NCBI GenBank assembly: GCA_904063045.1
Contig: CAJFCJ010000041.1
Span: 80,218 to 144,217 of the forward strand
Direction of reading: 5' to 3'
Length of the DNA: 64,000 bases
From: Dimorphilus gyrociliatus
Lineage: Eukaryota; Animalia; Annelida
Position numbers and translations under genes: made by a program. The notes beneath the pieces are model-generated. The model did no database searches. It saw nothing but the letters and a program-made list of their open reading frames with translations, and had not been told where the DNA came from. Of the stretch, positions 28,016 through 40,730 are shown piece by piece (positions within the stretch are counted from its first letter, which is position 1; each line of letters opens with the position of its first letter).

Positions 28016-28205
28016 ATGCCCCTACTAGGCCCTGAGACATGACAAAATCTAAAGAAAAACCTTCAGTAATACTGATTTTATTGCATTTAAAATGTAAAAG
28101 AAAATTTATGGCTGAATAACAGTAAGTCATTTGTTCAAGATTTCACATAAACATTCCATTCAATATTTATGCTAAAGTCACCATACCACAAATTCACAGA
28201 ACAAT

Positions 28206-29996
28206 TCAGCCTAAAGTTTTTAAAAAACTATACTTTATTTCTTGTGATTTGTTCATTTGTAACATGTTAACTAGATTTTCAAAAGGACAACCATAAAATG
28301 AATGAAACAAAATTGATAAAGTTTCCAACTTTTGACAGCAATGCAATAGTTCAATCAAGTATGGAATTACTGAATTATCCAAATCACATTTGATTAAAGA
28401 TAAATTGACAATATTCTCACTTGAATATTTCAGAGCATTGAAAAGTTTCTGAAAATTTTCTAGTGACAATTTAGAGGCATTCAAATGAAAAGTTTCTAAT
28501 CTTTTACAATTTTTCAAAAGTTCACATAAACATTCAATATTAATTATGTTGGATGGAAGCTTTTCCCAGTTTTCAATTTTAATTGTTTTCAATGTTTTAC
28601 AGGAAGACATTAATCCAATAAAAAGTTCTCTATTAGAGTAACAATTACTAACTTCAAATTTTGATAGACTTTTCATATCAATTAAACAATCTCCCAAATA
28701 TTTAACTTGTGATAAACTTGTTATGCAGTTAAAAAAAATTAGAGATTTTAAATTATTTGAACAAAGTTTCAATCCATTGCATAATAACAAAAAAAAATAA
28801 TCTGTTAAGCATATACCATTCCAATGCACTGATTCTAAATTTGAAAATGATTGGAAAAAATCTTGTAAACAATCTAACTGATATGTTGCAGAAGGATTTC
28901 CACGATATGTGAAACACTTTAGCCCATTTGCTGTTGATTTTATTGCATCTTTAACATATTCCAACATTCCAGTAATACTATAATTTACTGCATCATTTAA
29001 CATTAAATCTTCTAAATTTGGGCAAATTTTTAGAAATTCATTCAAATAATTCACAATAGTGCTATTACATTTATTTGCTTTAAAATTGAATTTCTTTAAA
29101 TTTTGAAAATTCCTTCCAATCTCTGGATTGCTATTTGTTAAAATTTCTTCAAACAGACATTTTTCACTTGAATCTTCAATTCTAGTTTTCTCTTCAATTG
29201 AATGAATAAAATCTATATCTATGATTTCTAATTCCTCTAGATTCTGGCAAAGTTTTAAAAAAATTGCCCCAACAGATCCACTTTTCCCTGTCAAACAGCA
29301 ATTTTCAATCCTAAACACCTTGATTGATGAACAAGAACACATTAAACCATCAAAGACATATTGAATATCATTTCCAGGATTGTATTTTGGGAAAAAGGTA
29401 AATTCTTGAATATTTTTTAATTTACGAAGAAACTCTCCAAGATGTTGATAATCAATCTGTTCAATACTTGATAAAGTGATATATTTTAAATTTTCACTCC
29501 AAAAATTAAAATTAAATTTTTTTAAAAATGATTTGTTGAATATTGAAAGTTTTCCATAACTCAAGTTTAAAGATTCCAAATTTTTAGACCTCTGCAGAAA
29601 TTTCATTGTATAATTTTTCAATACAATATCTCGGTAAAAAGCCAATTTAATAGATTTTATAGATTTTCCATTAATATATTTTAGTACTTTATTTAAATTA
29701 TCCATTTGAGTCAAATTTAAATGTCTGATTGAATGACCATTTAGAAAGGCTAATCTGTTCAAAATTGTTATGTCATCATTTGTAAAATGGATTTCTGACA
29801 AAAATATTCTTTTTGAAGAGAAGAACAATAGTTCACTTATTGATAGTGGTTGTATTTTCTTGAGTCTTTTCAACAACATATAATTACCAATTGATGGAGG
29901 AATTAAAGTGCTTTTCCTCTTGGTTTCTTTGTGAACTTCCTCTAAATGATTAACAATATAATACATTGTTAAATTGTATAGGGAACAGACAGCCAT
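28206..29996 (-). CDS. Intronless BC-box/LRR (RNI-like) protein, about 596 aa
   Basis: Long open ORF; MAVCSLYNLTMYYIVNHL...LIPPSIGNYML N-terminus; repeated LxxLxL.C LRR motifs. Confidence 0.85.
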   Translation of the reverse strand: MAVCSLYNLTMYYIVNHLEEVHKETKRKSTLIPPSIGNYMLLKRLKKIQPLSISELLFFSSKRIFLSEIHFTNDDITILNRLAFLNGHSIRHLNLTQMDNLNKVLKYINGKSIKSIKLAFYRDIVLKNYTMKFLQRSKNLESLNLSYGKLSIFNKSFLKKFNFNFWSENLKYITLSSIEQIDYQHLGEFLRKLKNIQEFTFFPKYNPGNDIQYVFDGLMCSCSSIKVFRIENCCLTGKSGSVGAIFLKLCQNLEELEIIDIDFIHSIEEKTRIEDSSEKCLFEEILTNSNPEIGRNFQNLKKFNFKANKCNSTIVNYLNEFLKICPNLEDLMLNDAVNYSITGMLEYVKDAIKSTANGLKCFTYRGNPSATYQLDCLQDFFQSFSNLESVHWNGICLTDYFFLLLCNGLKLCSNNLKSLIFFNCITSLSQVKYLGDCLIDMKSLSKFEVSNCYSNRELFIGLMSSCKTLKTIKIENWEKLPSNIINIECLCELLKNCKRLETFHLNASKLSLENFQKLFNALKYSSENIVNLSLIKCDLDNSVIPYLIELLHCCQKLETLSILFHSFYGCPFENLVNMLQMNKSQEIKYSFLKTLG

Positions 29997-31015
29997 TTTC
30001 CAAAAATTCACTTTGACTACACAGTTTATGGTTATACTCACTCAAAATACTTTCCAATCAATAAATGATTGAGTTCAGTGTCCAAAATTGAATTTTTTAA
30101 TCTATTCTAACATATAGCTGGATAAGAGTAATGCAATACTATTTGTATTCTACTTATTCTAACAAAGGAGGAGACTGATCCAACTCTAATCTCCCACTAA
30201 CAAAAACTATATTGTTATGACTTCTCTATATTTGGTTAGATAAAAGATTTTAAATTAAAAGCAACTTATAAAAGTCAATATCCACCTGGCAACCAGTCTA
30301 GACAAGAAATTGTATTTATATTGTACACTGCAGATGTCACCATTTTCAATTTCGCATAAGCCTATTCTATTTTATCTATTGTATTTTTTACAAGTTCCAG
30401 CTTGTTGAGAATACCAACAATCAAGTTTGGAATATATTGATGAGAATCCTGAAATTGATCCAAGATTTATTTAAAATCAACACAATTGAACAACAGTCAC
30501 AGAACCTGTGCACTTTGGAATTATAATATAAAGAATTATAATATAAAGACTTTAGATAGATCTTATTTTAAAGGAATTAGAATAGAGACCTTATTTAGTG
30601 AAATTAGATGCTTTGAATTCTAGAAAGGCTTTTAGTTTGCACAAAGTATAATTCTCTGAACAAAACAGATGTTGCCACTGTGGTATAAACAATGGAACAA
30701 AGAACAGGAAAAAATGCATGTCAAAATTGTTACATCTTATTCAATAACAGATGCTGAAAACTAAGGCTTGTTTTCGAAGGGGTACAGGAGAAAACATCCA
30801 CTGGAGAAAACGTCCACTGGAGAAAACATCCATTATAAAACTTCAAAGTAAGATATAAGATATTTGATAGATGGAGTTTTTAGAGCAATTTGACAGGAAA
30901 AAATGAATAATAAGAATTACAAATATTTAAATATTAATATATTGATTAAGTAAAAAGAAGCAATATAACAAGAATGATTGACAACAGTGTAACAACATTA
31001 AAGAATAAAGGTATT

Positions 31016-32966
31016 TTAAACTGGTGAATAAATGTCAGAAGCTTTATCAAGTAAGTCCAGGGAGGTAATTGAGGCAATTTCAAATTGTTCCCATAAGCTG
31101 AATATTTTGCTCTGAATATTCTGATATGCTTTTCTTTGCTGTCTACAAATTTTCTTTTCACTCAGTAATTTTTTATATAGCTTTATCAGATCAGCTTCTC
31201 TTTTCAGTTCATCTAAAAGCAAATAGAATGCAGTGTTAGAGCAAAGATTCTTGTTAAGCCTGTGATGCCATCCTTCAAGATCATTATTTGTCCTTATAGC
31301 CTCACCATAAACAGACCATACCTCTGGTTTATAAAATCCATTTATCCATTGTGTCTCAATGTACTCCAATAGAGACTTCATTTCAATAGGACTTATTTCT
31401 TTAATAGTCTTAAATGTTGGTTCTATCAGATCAGAGGGCAGGAATGGTAATGCCATTAATTTCTTCATGATTCTATATTCAGCTTTTTTCTCCTTGTACA
31501 TCTTACATAATCCTAATTCCTGGAAATAAATATGTCAGTTCTATCTAGACCTCAAATACTAAATTAAAGTATTACTTGAATCTTTCTGTATATTGCCTGT
31601 GTCCAGTGAAAAACACACCCTTTAATGTTTGCTTCAGGATAAGTGAATGATAGTGCTTTCCAAATAGCTTTTTCAAAGTCTACAACAACTTTTTTGGGGC
31701 TATGCCCATTTGTTAAATCTTGTATTGCCTGTTAATTTAACAAATTAGATTATTCAATTTAAAATTCAAAATTATTGTACCTTAAATAATTTCTTGTAGG
31801 CTGTCTTTCTCTTAGATCCCATAAAAGCAAAAGCCATTGGAATTTGTTTTATTTCTCCATTTTTTTTTATAAATCCATGAATAGAAAAAAGTTGATAAAA
31901 AGGGTCTTTCACACATTTAAATGTGCCATCCATAAACCATATTTTGCCTTTAGATAATAATTCAATTTGCTTTGTAGTTGAAAATATTAGTATTCTATCA
32001 TTCTCCATTTGTATATCCATTTGTAAAAAATCATCAGGAATAAAAGTTTTAGCCAAGTTGAAGTGAATACTTTGAGGTTCAGCTGGTCTAAACTTCTTTC
32101 TTGTCCAGTTTGCCAGTCTTGTACAATTATCTAGAGATGAAATAACTTCACCAGAACTACAATGTTTCACCAGAACATCTTCAGTTAAACATTTTCCTGA
32201 ACTACTGATATCTTTATTACAAGCATTTTTTAGTTCATTCCTAATCATTATTTTTTGTTCCAAATCAGGTACTCTTTCATGAGAATGGGATAACTTTCCA
32301 GGATAAAAACTGTTCCCATGCTGACTAACTGTTGCTGAACATTTGTTTCTTTTGTTCCTAACACTGCGTATCCAGAATGTTGTCTTGTTTCTTTTTTCTT
32401 TAATATTGTAGCAGAAATTGTTGAAAAGTAGCAAATCTTTTCCTTTCTGGCTCATTCCCTTTAAGATTTTAAATGAATAACTTTCTTTCTCACAATCTGA
32501 TTTTGGAGAAACTATAAATGAAACTTCCATCATATTATTTTGCTGAGCTGGAAGATCTTCAACTAAAACATTGTGTGATTCCATAATACTGCCATTTGTA
32601 TCATTTCCACTTGAATTTCCACAATGATTTTCACAAACAATAGTTTGCTCATTTCTATTATTTGCTGTATCAAAATTTGGTGTTTGTCTTATTTCTTCAT
32701 TAGCAGATGCACTAGAAGGTAGCCTTTGAAGTGCAACAATGCATTTCTTCATTGATATGTCACAGCAAATGTTACAATAAAATGATTGATCTGTGAAAAA
32801 ATATAAAAACATATTTGTAAGGAAGGATAGTGACAAAAAACTTAAACAAACCTTTATAATCCAAACATTTTTTATGTATTTTAAATAAATGACAGCAAAG
32901 CTGACATTTCTCTTGATTTTGTCTTCCATATATTCTCTCTTCACAAATGTAACAAATTGGTGCCAT
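31016..32966 (-). CDS. PHD-FLYWCH-MULE transposase, 4 exons, 593 aa, apparently intact
   Basis: Exons 32966-32852, 32790-31781, 31728-31576, 31519-31016 total 1782 nt with no stop; DGTF, DFE..CVFHW and TNNDLEGWH motifs. Confidence 0.9.
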
Positions 32967-33375
32967 GTTCAATTTGGAATCTCTATCAATAACCAACTGT
33001 ATAAATTTAAAAATTAAACAATTAACAATAATGATAAACAAAATGGCTGCTATAAAAATAAAGCTAATTTATAAATAAATCATTTCAACACAATATTCTA
33101 TAACTTACTGATATCAATTCTAAAGTTTGTGTTTTGTCTGATGGTTTTCAATAGTGAAATATATTTCAAACTGCAAAAAATTCTGAAAAATTGTAGATGA
33201 AATATGCACAATATTCACTTTCCATGAAAAACATAGAAGATCCCAGAACTGTTTCCTGTCTGGATTTCAAAATGGCTACCAAAAGTGATTGCATTATGGG
33301 AATGTATTGGATATATCTCAAAATCAATAATAAAAATTTAAATTTGAAAAAGTATTTTTTAATATATTCTTCACA

Positions 33376-33484
33376 TAGTGGACGTTTTCTCCAGTGGACG
33401 TTTTCTCCAACCAGTGGACGTTTTCTCCAATCAGTGGACATTTTCTCCAGTGGACGTTTTCTCCAGTGGACGTTTTCTCCATAA
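33376..33484. repeat. 16-bp subterminal MULE repeats (about 6 copies)
   Basis: AGTGGACGTTTTCTCC units; inverted copies at 30785-30832. Confidence 0.9.
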
Positions 33485-33950
33485 TTCTTTTCGAAGTACC
33501 ACATGCATAACCTATATGATATAACTGTTTTTCATACCTTTGTTGTATGTTCATTATAAGATCATTACATTTCAACTTTGCATTTCTTTGAACAATTGAA
33601 CCCAAGCTTTGGTAAATGTATAAAAGGAAATGCATTTCCTCAATACTGGAGGTTCATTGATTATTTTTTGCCAGAATTGCATTCGCTGAGACTACCTGTG
33701 GGACAAACTTGAAAGGTTCTATTTGGACCAGTACTTTGGTACACAGTACAGAACCATTAGTTAACAGTTAGCAGAAGTTTATCACTATAATGAATGTCTC
33801 TTGGCTTCTTTGCTCTTCCAAGACTACTTGTACTAGTCCTTTGGTTTCAAGGCTACCAAAACACTCAATAAACTTATCTTCATTAGGAATTTCCAGTATG
33901 TTCTTTTTGCAGGGTTAGATCAGAGTGAAAAATTGCCACTTATAGTAAGC

Positions 33951-34803
33951 CAGGGTTAGGTCTTGGGGTTAGGGATTAGCACAATCAGTACAGACTGGTA
34001 ATCCCAAAAGTGCACACACACTTGTAACCAAGATTTGGCTAAGTGTTGGTGTGGCTAATGAGGAGTTGCTATCTTAAGTAGCAATTCCCCAGCCTAAGCT
34101 GTAACTGTATCTCCAACAAAATCACTTACAAATTCTCCACAAGGGTGAAGAGAACCTGTATTTAGCAACTGTAACAATTCACCAATTAAAAAGTACTCAC
34201 AATATTTTGGAGGTATTCCTCCTTTATCAAGTGAGAGGGGAAAAGTGGCTGGTTAGATTGCCACCAGACTGATCTCTGAGAGGCTTACTATACCTTAGTA
34301 TAGGTACTGGTTCAATCCCACACTTTTTTTGCTACAAATCACCTACTTGGTGGTCAGTAAAGCAAGTCGACCACTGACGAAAGTTGAAATTTCAACTTGC
34401 TCTGATCGTTATGACATTTTACACAGTGCTAGATCTAATTGAACTGAGCAACTGTGCAAAATTTGAATGAAATCGGCCCAGCTGTTGCGGAGCTATGAAG
34501 ATTTGAAGTTAATGGTGGTAGGTGAGGATGGCTGACTGGCAGCCTTAGACTCTATCACCAGTATCTCGACCCTACGTTCTATAGTAATTAGGGTCAGCGT
34601 TAGGGTTAGCAAAGGGTTTTTTTTGACTAAATCAAAAAAGAGAAACAAAATTCTCATATTTCAAGAGTCCCAATTGTTTTTGGGAAGGAGTCAAAGAAAA
34701 AATACCCCAAAATCGACATTTAAAACAATTTCCAAGAGAAAAAATTTTTTTCTTAAATTTTTTTTCCCACCTACTTGACCTACTGTGGTTTCGTCCCCCT
34801 CTC
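33951..34803 (+). mobile_element. Repeat family C (non-autonomous element, possibly Helentron-like) starting with a telomere-like motif
   Basis: Inverted near-identical copies at 44930-45572 and 38639-38975; internal palindrome AAGTTGAAATTTCAACTT; class assignment uncertain. Confidence 0.65.
34241..34327 (+). ncRNA. tRNA-like structure inside repeat C
   Basis: 7-bp AAAAGTG/CACTTTT stem, B-box-like GGTTCAATCCC, T-run after it; D and anticodon loops non-canonical; second copy 45191-45277 (-). Confidence 0.3.
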
Positions 34804-34930
34804 GGTAAAAAATAAAAAATAAAAAATCTGGGACTCTTCAGGGTCTATTAAGTTAAAATTAAAAAATGAGAGGTTTGAGAAAACTATTATAGAGCATTCT
34901 CTTCAGATGAATATATTTTTAAGTTAATGA

Positions 34931-35530
34931 TGTACAACTTTGGTTATATTTGACATGCTTGAACTCTATTATTTTATGCAACTTATACATGTACATCTTA
35001 AAACCTATGCAAGAAAATGCTATAACATTGGCCAAACATAAGTCTGATTAGTCAGCTTGAAGGCTCATCTTTAATTACCAATAAAGGTTTGGCCAAGTTA
35101 TAACTTAATTAACTTGCCTAGGGTGTGGCCAAGTTATAATTCAATTAACCTTCCTAAATGTTGAACCTTGTAACATCCTGTTACTAAAGATAAATATGAA
35201 CTACACATTTCGGCAACTGTAAAGTGATGATTGGATGTCAGAGGCAAACCTCAGAGTATATAAATCCTCACTATTCTCATTTGGCATGCAGCTTCCATCT
35301 GGACCCAAGGACCTGGGAAAATCATCTGGAAACAACCTCCACTGGAACCATCCATCTACTCCTCAACATTAGAAGACAGTTTGGTAATTTGGCAACCTGC
35401 TTTTACAAACTATCTACTCTGCTATTGAACTCTCGTATTGTTACTTGCTTAAGTATTATTATTGCGAATAAACCGTTTTAATTTAAACATTTGTTTAAAG
35501 GTTCGAGTAGAACCAGTACTGTTATAACTG
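34931..35530 (+). mobile_element. LTR family B, 3'-truncated
   Basis: Starts TGTACA; TATA (GTATATAAAT ~35237) and AATAAA (~35467). Confidence 0.85.
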
Positions 35531-37475
35531 TTAAAGTTCCATTATTGCCAAACTAAGCAGGGTATAATTGATTTTCATCAGTTTGAATAGAGCTAAATCA
35601 AAATTTTTCTCATTTCTTGTCATATATTGTTTTTGAATTTCAAAAAAATCTTTTGATATAAGATTTTCTACTTTGATTTTATTGTAGCTAATCCTTATTG
35701 ACCTATTTACATCCAAAAAATCATTTTTTAACCTTAAAGTTGCCTTTTGAAATCTATGAATACCATTATCAAAAAATTGTAGCGAAAATGCCAAAATAAC
35801 CAGCAAATGAACTAATGAAGAATTTAATTGATAACATCTCTATTCCCTTCCATTTATAGAATGACAGGAGTTCTTATCAGTCTATTATACTTTTATAAGT
35901 AGAGTATATGTGACATAACACCAAAAATAGCTATTGAGTTATTTGGCAGCAAAATTATTTCCTCTAAAAAATATGCTCAATATGGTTATATCTTAAACTG
36001 GGACCAATTTAAAACACAGCCATTTTTTATTGTAGCAACATTGACTACTAATATTTTGTAGAAAGACAAAAAAAAACACTTAGAATGATTAATCATTTAT
36101 AGTTTTTTTTATGAAATAGACTGTAGATATAAATATATTTAAGTGGTCACCTTCTTTCATAAGATGTAACAATTTTGGTAATCTATTTTATTAGATATGA
36201 CTTTGATAAATATCTTTACATAATTTTACATTTTCAGATAGTTTTGATTTTAAATATTTGGAAAAAAAGATTAAATGTTCATGTTACAAGTGATAAATTG
36301 AATAATGTTTGAACAAGATAAATCCTCAACTCAAATCTGACCCTTAGAATAAGTTGTCTTTGCATTACAAAATTGCTAACAATGTTTCTTTCAATTTGAT
36401 TTGTAACCTCTGTTGCTTCTCTCACACCACTCTGTTGCATTTATTCCTTTTTATCACATGTTGCTAAAAACCCAATCAACACCATTAGTAAAAACACTTA
36501 TTTTGGAAGACATTATTTCACCTGATATTTGGGATATAGTTAACAATTACATTCTGACAATGCTAAAAAAATCCCAAATTGAAAACTACTCCAAGAATAA
36601 GACTGCAAGATTTCAGATTGAAACACAAATTACTATGGGAATATTTTGGATCAATGGCAGTTGAGTCACAATTTTCATCACATTTATCTAAACAATTTTT
36701 TTATTAATATGTAGATATCTTAATATGTATATTTATGGCAAAACTCTTTATCTGATCTGGACAATAAACTCTGATGAAAATCACAGAATAAAAGTCCTGT
36801 GCATATACATCTAAATTCTAAATTTGTGAATATTTAGGTTGTGAAATTTTTAGTTTTAGTACAATTTCCCATAAGATTATAGATATAATGAAGATGTTTG
36901 TATAGCTGGTCCTAGACATTTTGTTACAATCATCAACAAATTCATAGATAATCTATATATGTTCTCAAACTTTTGATTTATTAAAAAAGTATTCAATTTG
37001 GACTAAATTACTTTATTTTCAATAAAATACTTTCAAATGAGATGGAATGTATAGTGGAATTTTTGAATACAAAATATTTCATGATGTCACCTCAATTTCA
37101 CTTTAAATTCAATTTCTTTTTAGAATTGGAACAAAAATTGCCTTCTATACAATTATTTATAAATTTTTTTATTACAGCTAATTTCATTTTACTCTTCAAG
37201 TAATGAACTTCAAAAATTTTCATTCTACACAATATCTGTCTAGTTAAATCCAAAATTTTCACAAATAATTTTATGTTCTTGTTGGTTAACAAATGGAACT
37301 GTTTCTCAATTTTAATTCATATATTTCTGAAAATTATCAGTTATTCTAGCAAGAGAATGTTTTATCCATGGTAAAATAAAAAATGTCCTTATTTCAATTC
37401 TAAAGGTTTGGTCTTTAAATTTTCATGAAAAAACTTAGGAATTTTGAATTTTTATCATCTTTAAATTATTTTTTT

Positions 37476-37830
37476 TTACCTTTGATACAAAACTAACTTT
37501 TCTACTTCTAAATTATCTTTTCTGTTGTGATTATGTTCCAGATTGCCTTTTATAAATATACTTCCATTTTGTTTTATTCTAGATACACATCTTTTCTTCT
37601 TATTTCTCACACTGCACCCAAATTGTAGTTGTAAGTGTTTTATGTTTAACAACAAAAGAGTATCCATCATTTAGAAGAATGTCATGTCCCTTTCTGCTCC
37701 CTCCCTTTACAATCTCAAAATCATTCTTTTTGATTGAATCACAATCATCTTCTGCATTTCCCTCAACTTCTTCCAAACAGTATAGGTCCATTGATTGGCT
37801 ATCTGTATGTACAGGATTTTCATGATCCAA
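37476..37830 (-). pseudogene. MULE FLYWCH-domain relic
   Basis: FEIVKGGSRKGHDILLNDGYSF...W.CSVRNKKKRC...NLEHNH split by a frameshift. Confidence 0.65.
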
Positions 37831-38638
37831 AGTTGAATCTTTAAATTTAGCAGGATCACTTTTATTTTCATTTAAGCTCTTCTTATTATTTTTTTTTGGT
37901 ATTGGTCAAATTCCATATTAGTTAACATCTTAAGGCTAACAGTACATTTTCTTTGGTTAAAACAGATACATTTACAATTAGAGCATCTGTCAAACATGTT
38001 TTTTATTGCTTAAAATTGCTAAATACTCCTATGTAATTAAAAGAAAGGAAAAGGAAACATACATTTGTGAAAATACTCAATTTTTATATCCAAGAAAATA
38101 TTCTTGAATTAGATTTTAAACAAGAAAGAGAAGATATGAACAAAAAAATAACATTTTTGTATTCATACAAAGTCTTTCTACTTCAAAAATTTGGAATTTC
38201 ATTTGAAATATCTTTGCTAATCACTTTCATCTTTCTGGGCTCTTTTGTTTTTATAGTTTCCAACTTAGACACCTTTGTGATTGGTTTTCTCTGGTTCAAT
38301 TTCAATGAAATTTCTGCTTTTTAACATTATCATATAATTCGGTCCATGTCTGACTTCTAGGATGAAGGGTGTTTACCAAATGTAATTCATTTAAAATGTA
38401 TTTTAAAATGTTGAATTCGAAATGTTTCCAATTGTTGTTATTTTTTTCTGACATTAATTTACTTCAATTTGGATCAAAATCTTATGAATATGATATAAGG
38501 TCTAGAGAATTTTTATCACTACATATTCTTATCTCTTGTTGACATCTTTGTAGAAATTTTTCACACACAGGTTTAGTTTCATTATCTGTATTTTTATATA
38601 GGTTAATAGACCCTGATGAGTCCTTGGTATTGAACATA

Positions 38639-38975
38639 GAGAGGATGACGAAACTGTGGTAGGTTGAGTAGGTAGGAAATTATCAAAATTTCAGAAAAAT
38701 TTTTTTGAAAAAGTTTTTTATATTGGAAATTGTTTTTAATGTCGATTTTGGTATATTTTTTCTTTGACTGCTTCCCAAATACAATTGGGACTCTTGAAAT
38801 GTGAGAATTTTGTTTCTCTTTTTTGATTTAGTCAAAAAAAACCCTTTGCTAACCCTAACACTAACCCTAATTACTATAGAACGTAGGGTCGAGATACTGG
38901 TGATAGAGTCTAAGGCTGCCAGTCAGCCATCCTCACCTACCACCGTTAACTTCAAATCTCCATAGCTCTGCAACA
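38639..38975 (-). mobile_element. Partial copy of repeat family C
   Basis: Reverse complement of about 34480-34803. Confidence 0.7.
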
Positions 38976-39584
38976 GCGAGTGCTTAAACAGCTATTGAGC
39001 TGATAGCCTTCCAAGTTTAAAATCTTCTCACAAATAATATAAATTTTTGTTTGAACTTGCACATATTGTTTTCTTTGAGATTTCAATATTTTATATATAA
39101 TAAGTTGTGCATTGGGTGTTTTACTTCAATAAATCAGAAGAATACAAGTCACATGATAAATCTTCACTCAAATATTTCATATTTCTAATGTCTAATATTA
39201 AAAGTTTTCTTTTGATATTTATTATTCCTGTACAAATCAGTGTTATTGTTTTCAAATTTTCATTACTTAGAAATCATGACAAACATGATTTTTGTAAATG
39301 TTTAAAATTCTTCCTTTCTAAAATATCACTTGAATCTGTACTGAAATTTTCATTTGTAGAAAAATTGTGATTAATAAAGATTGTAGGATTGAAAAGAGTT
39401 ATCTTCAATACATCTTGACTTTCGAAATTCAACTCGAAAAAGGATAATTTTGATTGGAAAGGAATACATGTTTTGTATACAAATTCATTAAAGAAATTGT
39501 ACATTGCACAAAACTGGTGTTGAGTAGTTTGAAGAATGCTAACTTTTCTTCCACCTGAAGTCAGAATTTACAAATTTGAAATGG

Positions 39585-40321
39585 TTAAAGAAAAGCAAAG
39601 AAAAGAAGAGAAATTGACAAACCTTTGTGATTAACTCTAATATCATTAATTATAACATCTACAAGATTCTTGAACAGGATTTGTTCTACATTTACAAAAA
39701 AGTCTTCCTCAATTGAAATGTAATTTAGAGATTTCATTGTTGGTTCTCCAAAACCAAATTTCACTTGATCAACATTAAATTCAAACCAAAAATATGTCCA
39801 ATTCATACAATCAGACACTAATTGTGAAATATTGAATTCAACAGTAGAGATTTTATTCAAATTCAACAATTTTAAAAATGATTTCTCTGAACTACTTTTC
39901 ATCATATTCAATCTTAATGCTGCAATAAATGATTGATTATTATTCTCAAATTGAACTATCATAGAAGAGCAACCATTGTTGTTCATCCTATTTTGTTCTC
40001 TAAACTGAAAGCTAAACATAGTGAAATTGTTGTTTAAATATTTTGATAGATAATAATAAACAAAATATGTATGTTGAATGGAAAATATGTTTTCATGAAT
40101 TGCTGAAATAGAAAAAGTTTGTTTGTTTGTTTATTTTCACCACCTTTTGAAAAAACATCTATCAAGTCTATTCCAATTTTATCATTGGAATAACCAGATT
40201 GAATTATTAGCATAACCCAATATTCAATTGCTGAGTTTCTATTGTAATTGAAACATTCTCTTGCTCTAGAATTTGGTAGTTGAATTTGAAAAGAATACTC
40301 AGAGCTCCATCTTACAGACAA
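39585..40321 (-). CDS. Exon-like segments with a FAMeT (Methyltransf_FA)-like domain
   Basis: LVSDCMNWTYFWFEFNVDQVKFGFG resembles the LS..E.R.FWI.W..G.I.VG.G signature; gene model incomplete. Confidence 0.4.
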
Positions 40322-40730
40322 AATCTTTGTCTTACCTCTGTCATGTTGGCTAATTAATGTGTGATCTGGTTAAGGTTTGTTTTTGGATAGCAAAAATATG
40401 AATGATAAATATTGTACTGCTCTTGCTGGCAAAATCTATGCGTTTGCAAGTTATAACAATACTGGTTCTATTTGAACCTTTAAACAAATGTTTAAATTAA
40501 AATGGTTTATTCGCAATAATAATACTTAAGAAAGTAACAATATGAGAGTTCGATAGCAGAGTAGATAGTTTGTAAAAGCAGGTTGCCAAATTACCAAACT
40601 GTCTTCCAATGTTGAGGAGTAGATGGATGGTTCCAGTGGAGGTTGTTTCCAGATGATTTTCCCAGGTCCTTGGGTCCAGATGGAAGCTGCATGCCAAATG
40701 AGAATAGTGAGGATTTATATACTCTGAGGT

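Larger units (their letters stand above)
30780..33487 (-). mobile_element. Complete autonomous MULE DNA transposon
   Basis: 9-bp TSD TTTTCGAAG (30771-30779 / 33488-33496; empty site seen at ~19913); imperfect TIRs built of GGAGAAAACGTCCACT repeats. Confidence 0.95.
30507..33750 (+). mobile_element. Solo LTR A' split by a MULE insertion
   Basis: TGTGCA...GTACA termini, 5-bp TSD GAACC (30502-30506 / 33751-33755). Confidence 0.85.

Noticed and set aside
33376-33484. Short direct repeats (also 43590-43690 and 43846-43950) that could be mistaken for a CRISPR array
   Set aside because: No unique spacers, eukaryotic context, and they lie in MULE subterminal/TIR regions with inverted counterparts
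33166-33635. ORFs 33166-33504, 33197-33484, 33324-33635 and 43501-43704
   Set aside because: Translations of tandem TIR repeats and LTR sequence
34368-34405. CTGACGA followed by a hairpin as a hammerhead ribozyme
   Set aside because: No GAAA after the stem and no closing helices
35224-35481. ORFs within LTR family B (also 40497-40853, 40591-40806, 11781-11978)
   Set aside because: Not conserved in frame between LTR copies; no coding motifs
35531-37292. Fragmentary minus-strand ORFs that look like a decayed gene
   Set aside because: Many stops and no motif I can assign
34480-38975. Inverted 330-bp repeats bracketing 3.8 kb as TIRs of one large transposon
   Set aside because: The shared defined ends face inward, the outer ends differ and there is no TSD; two independent family C copies explain it better
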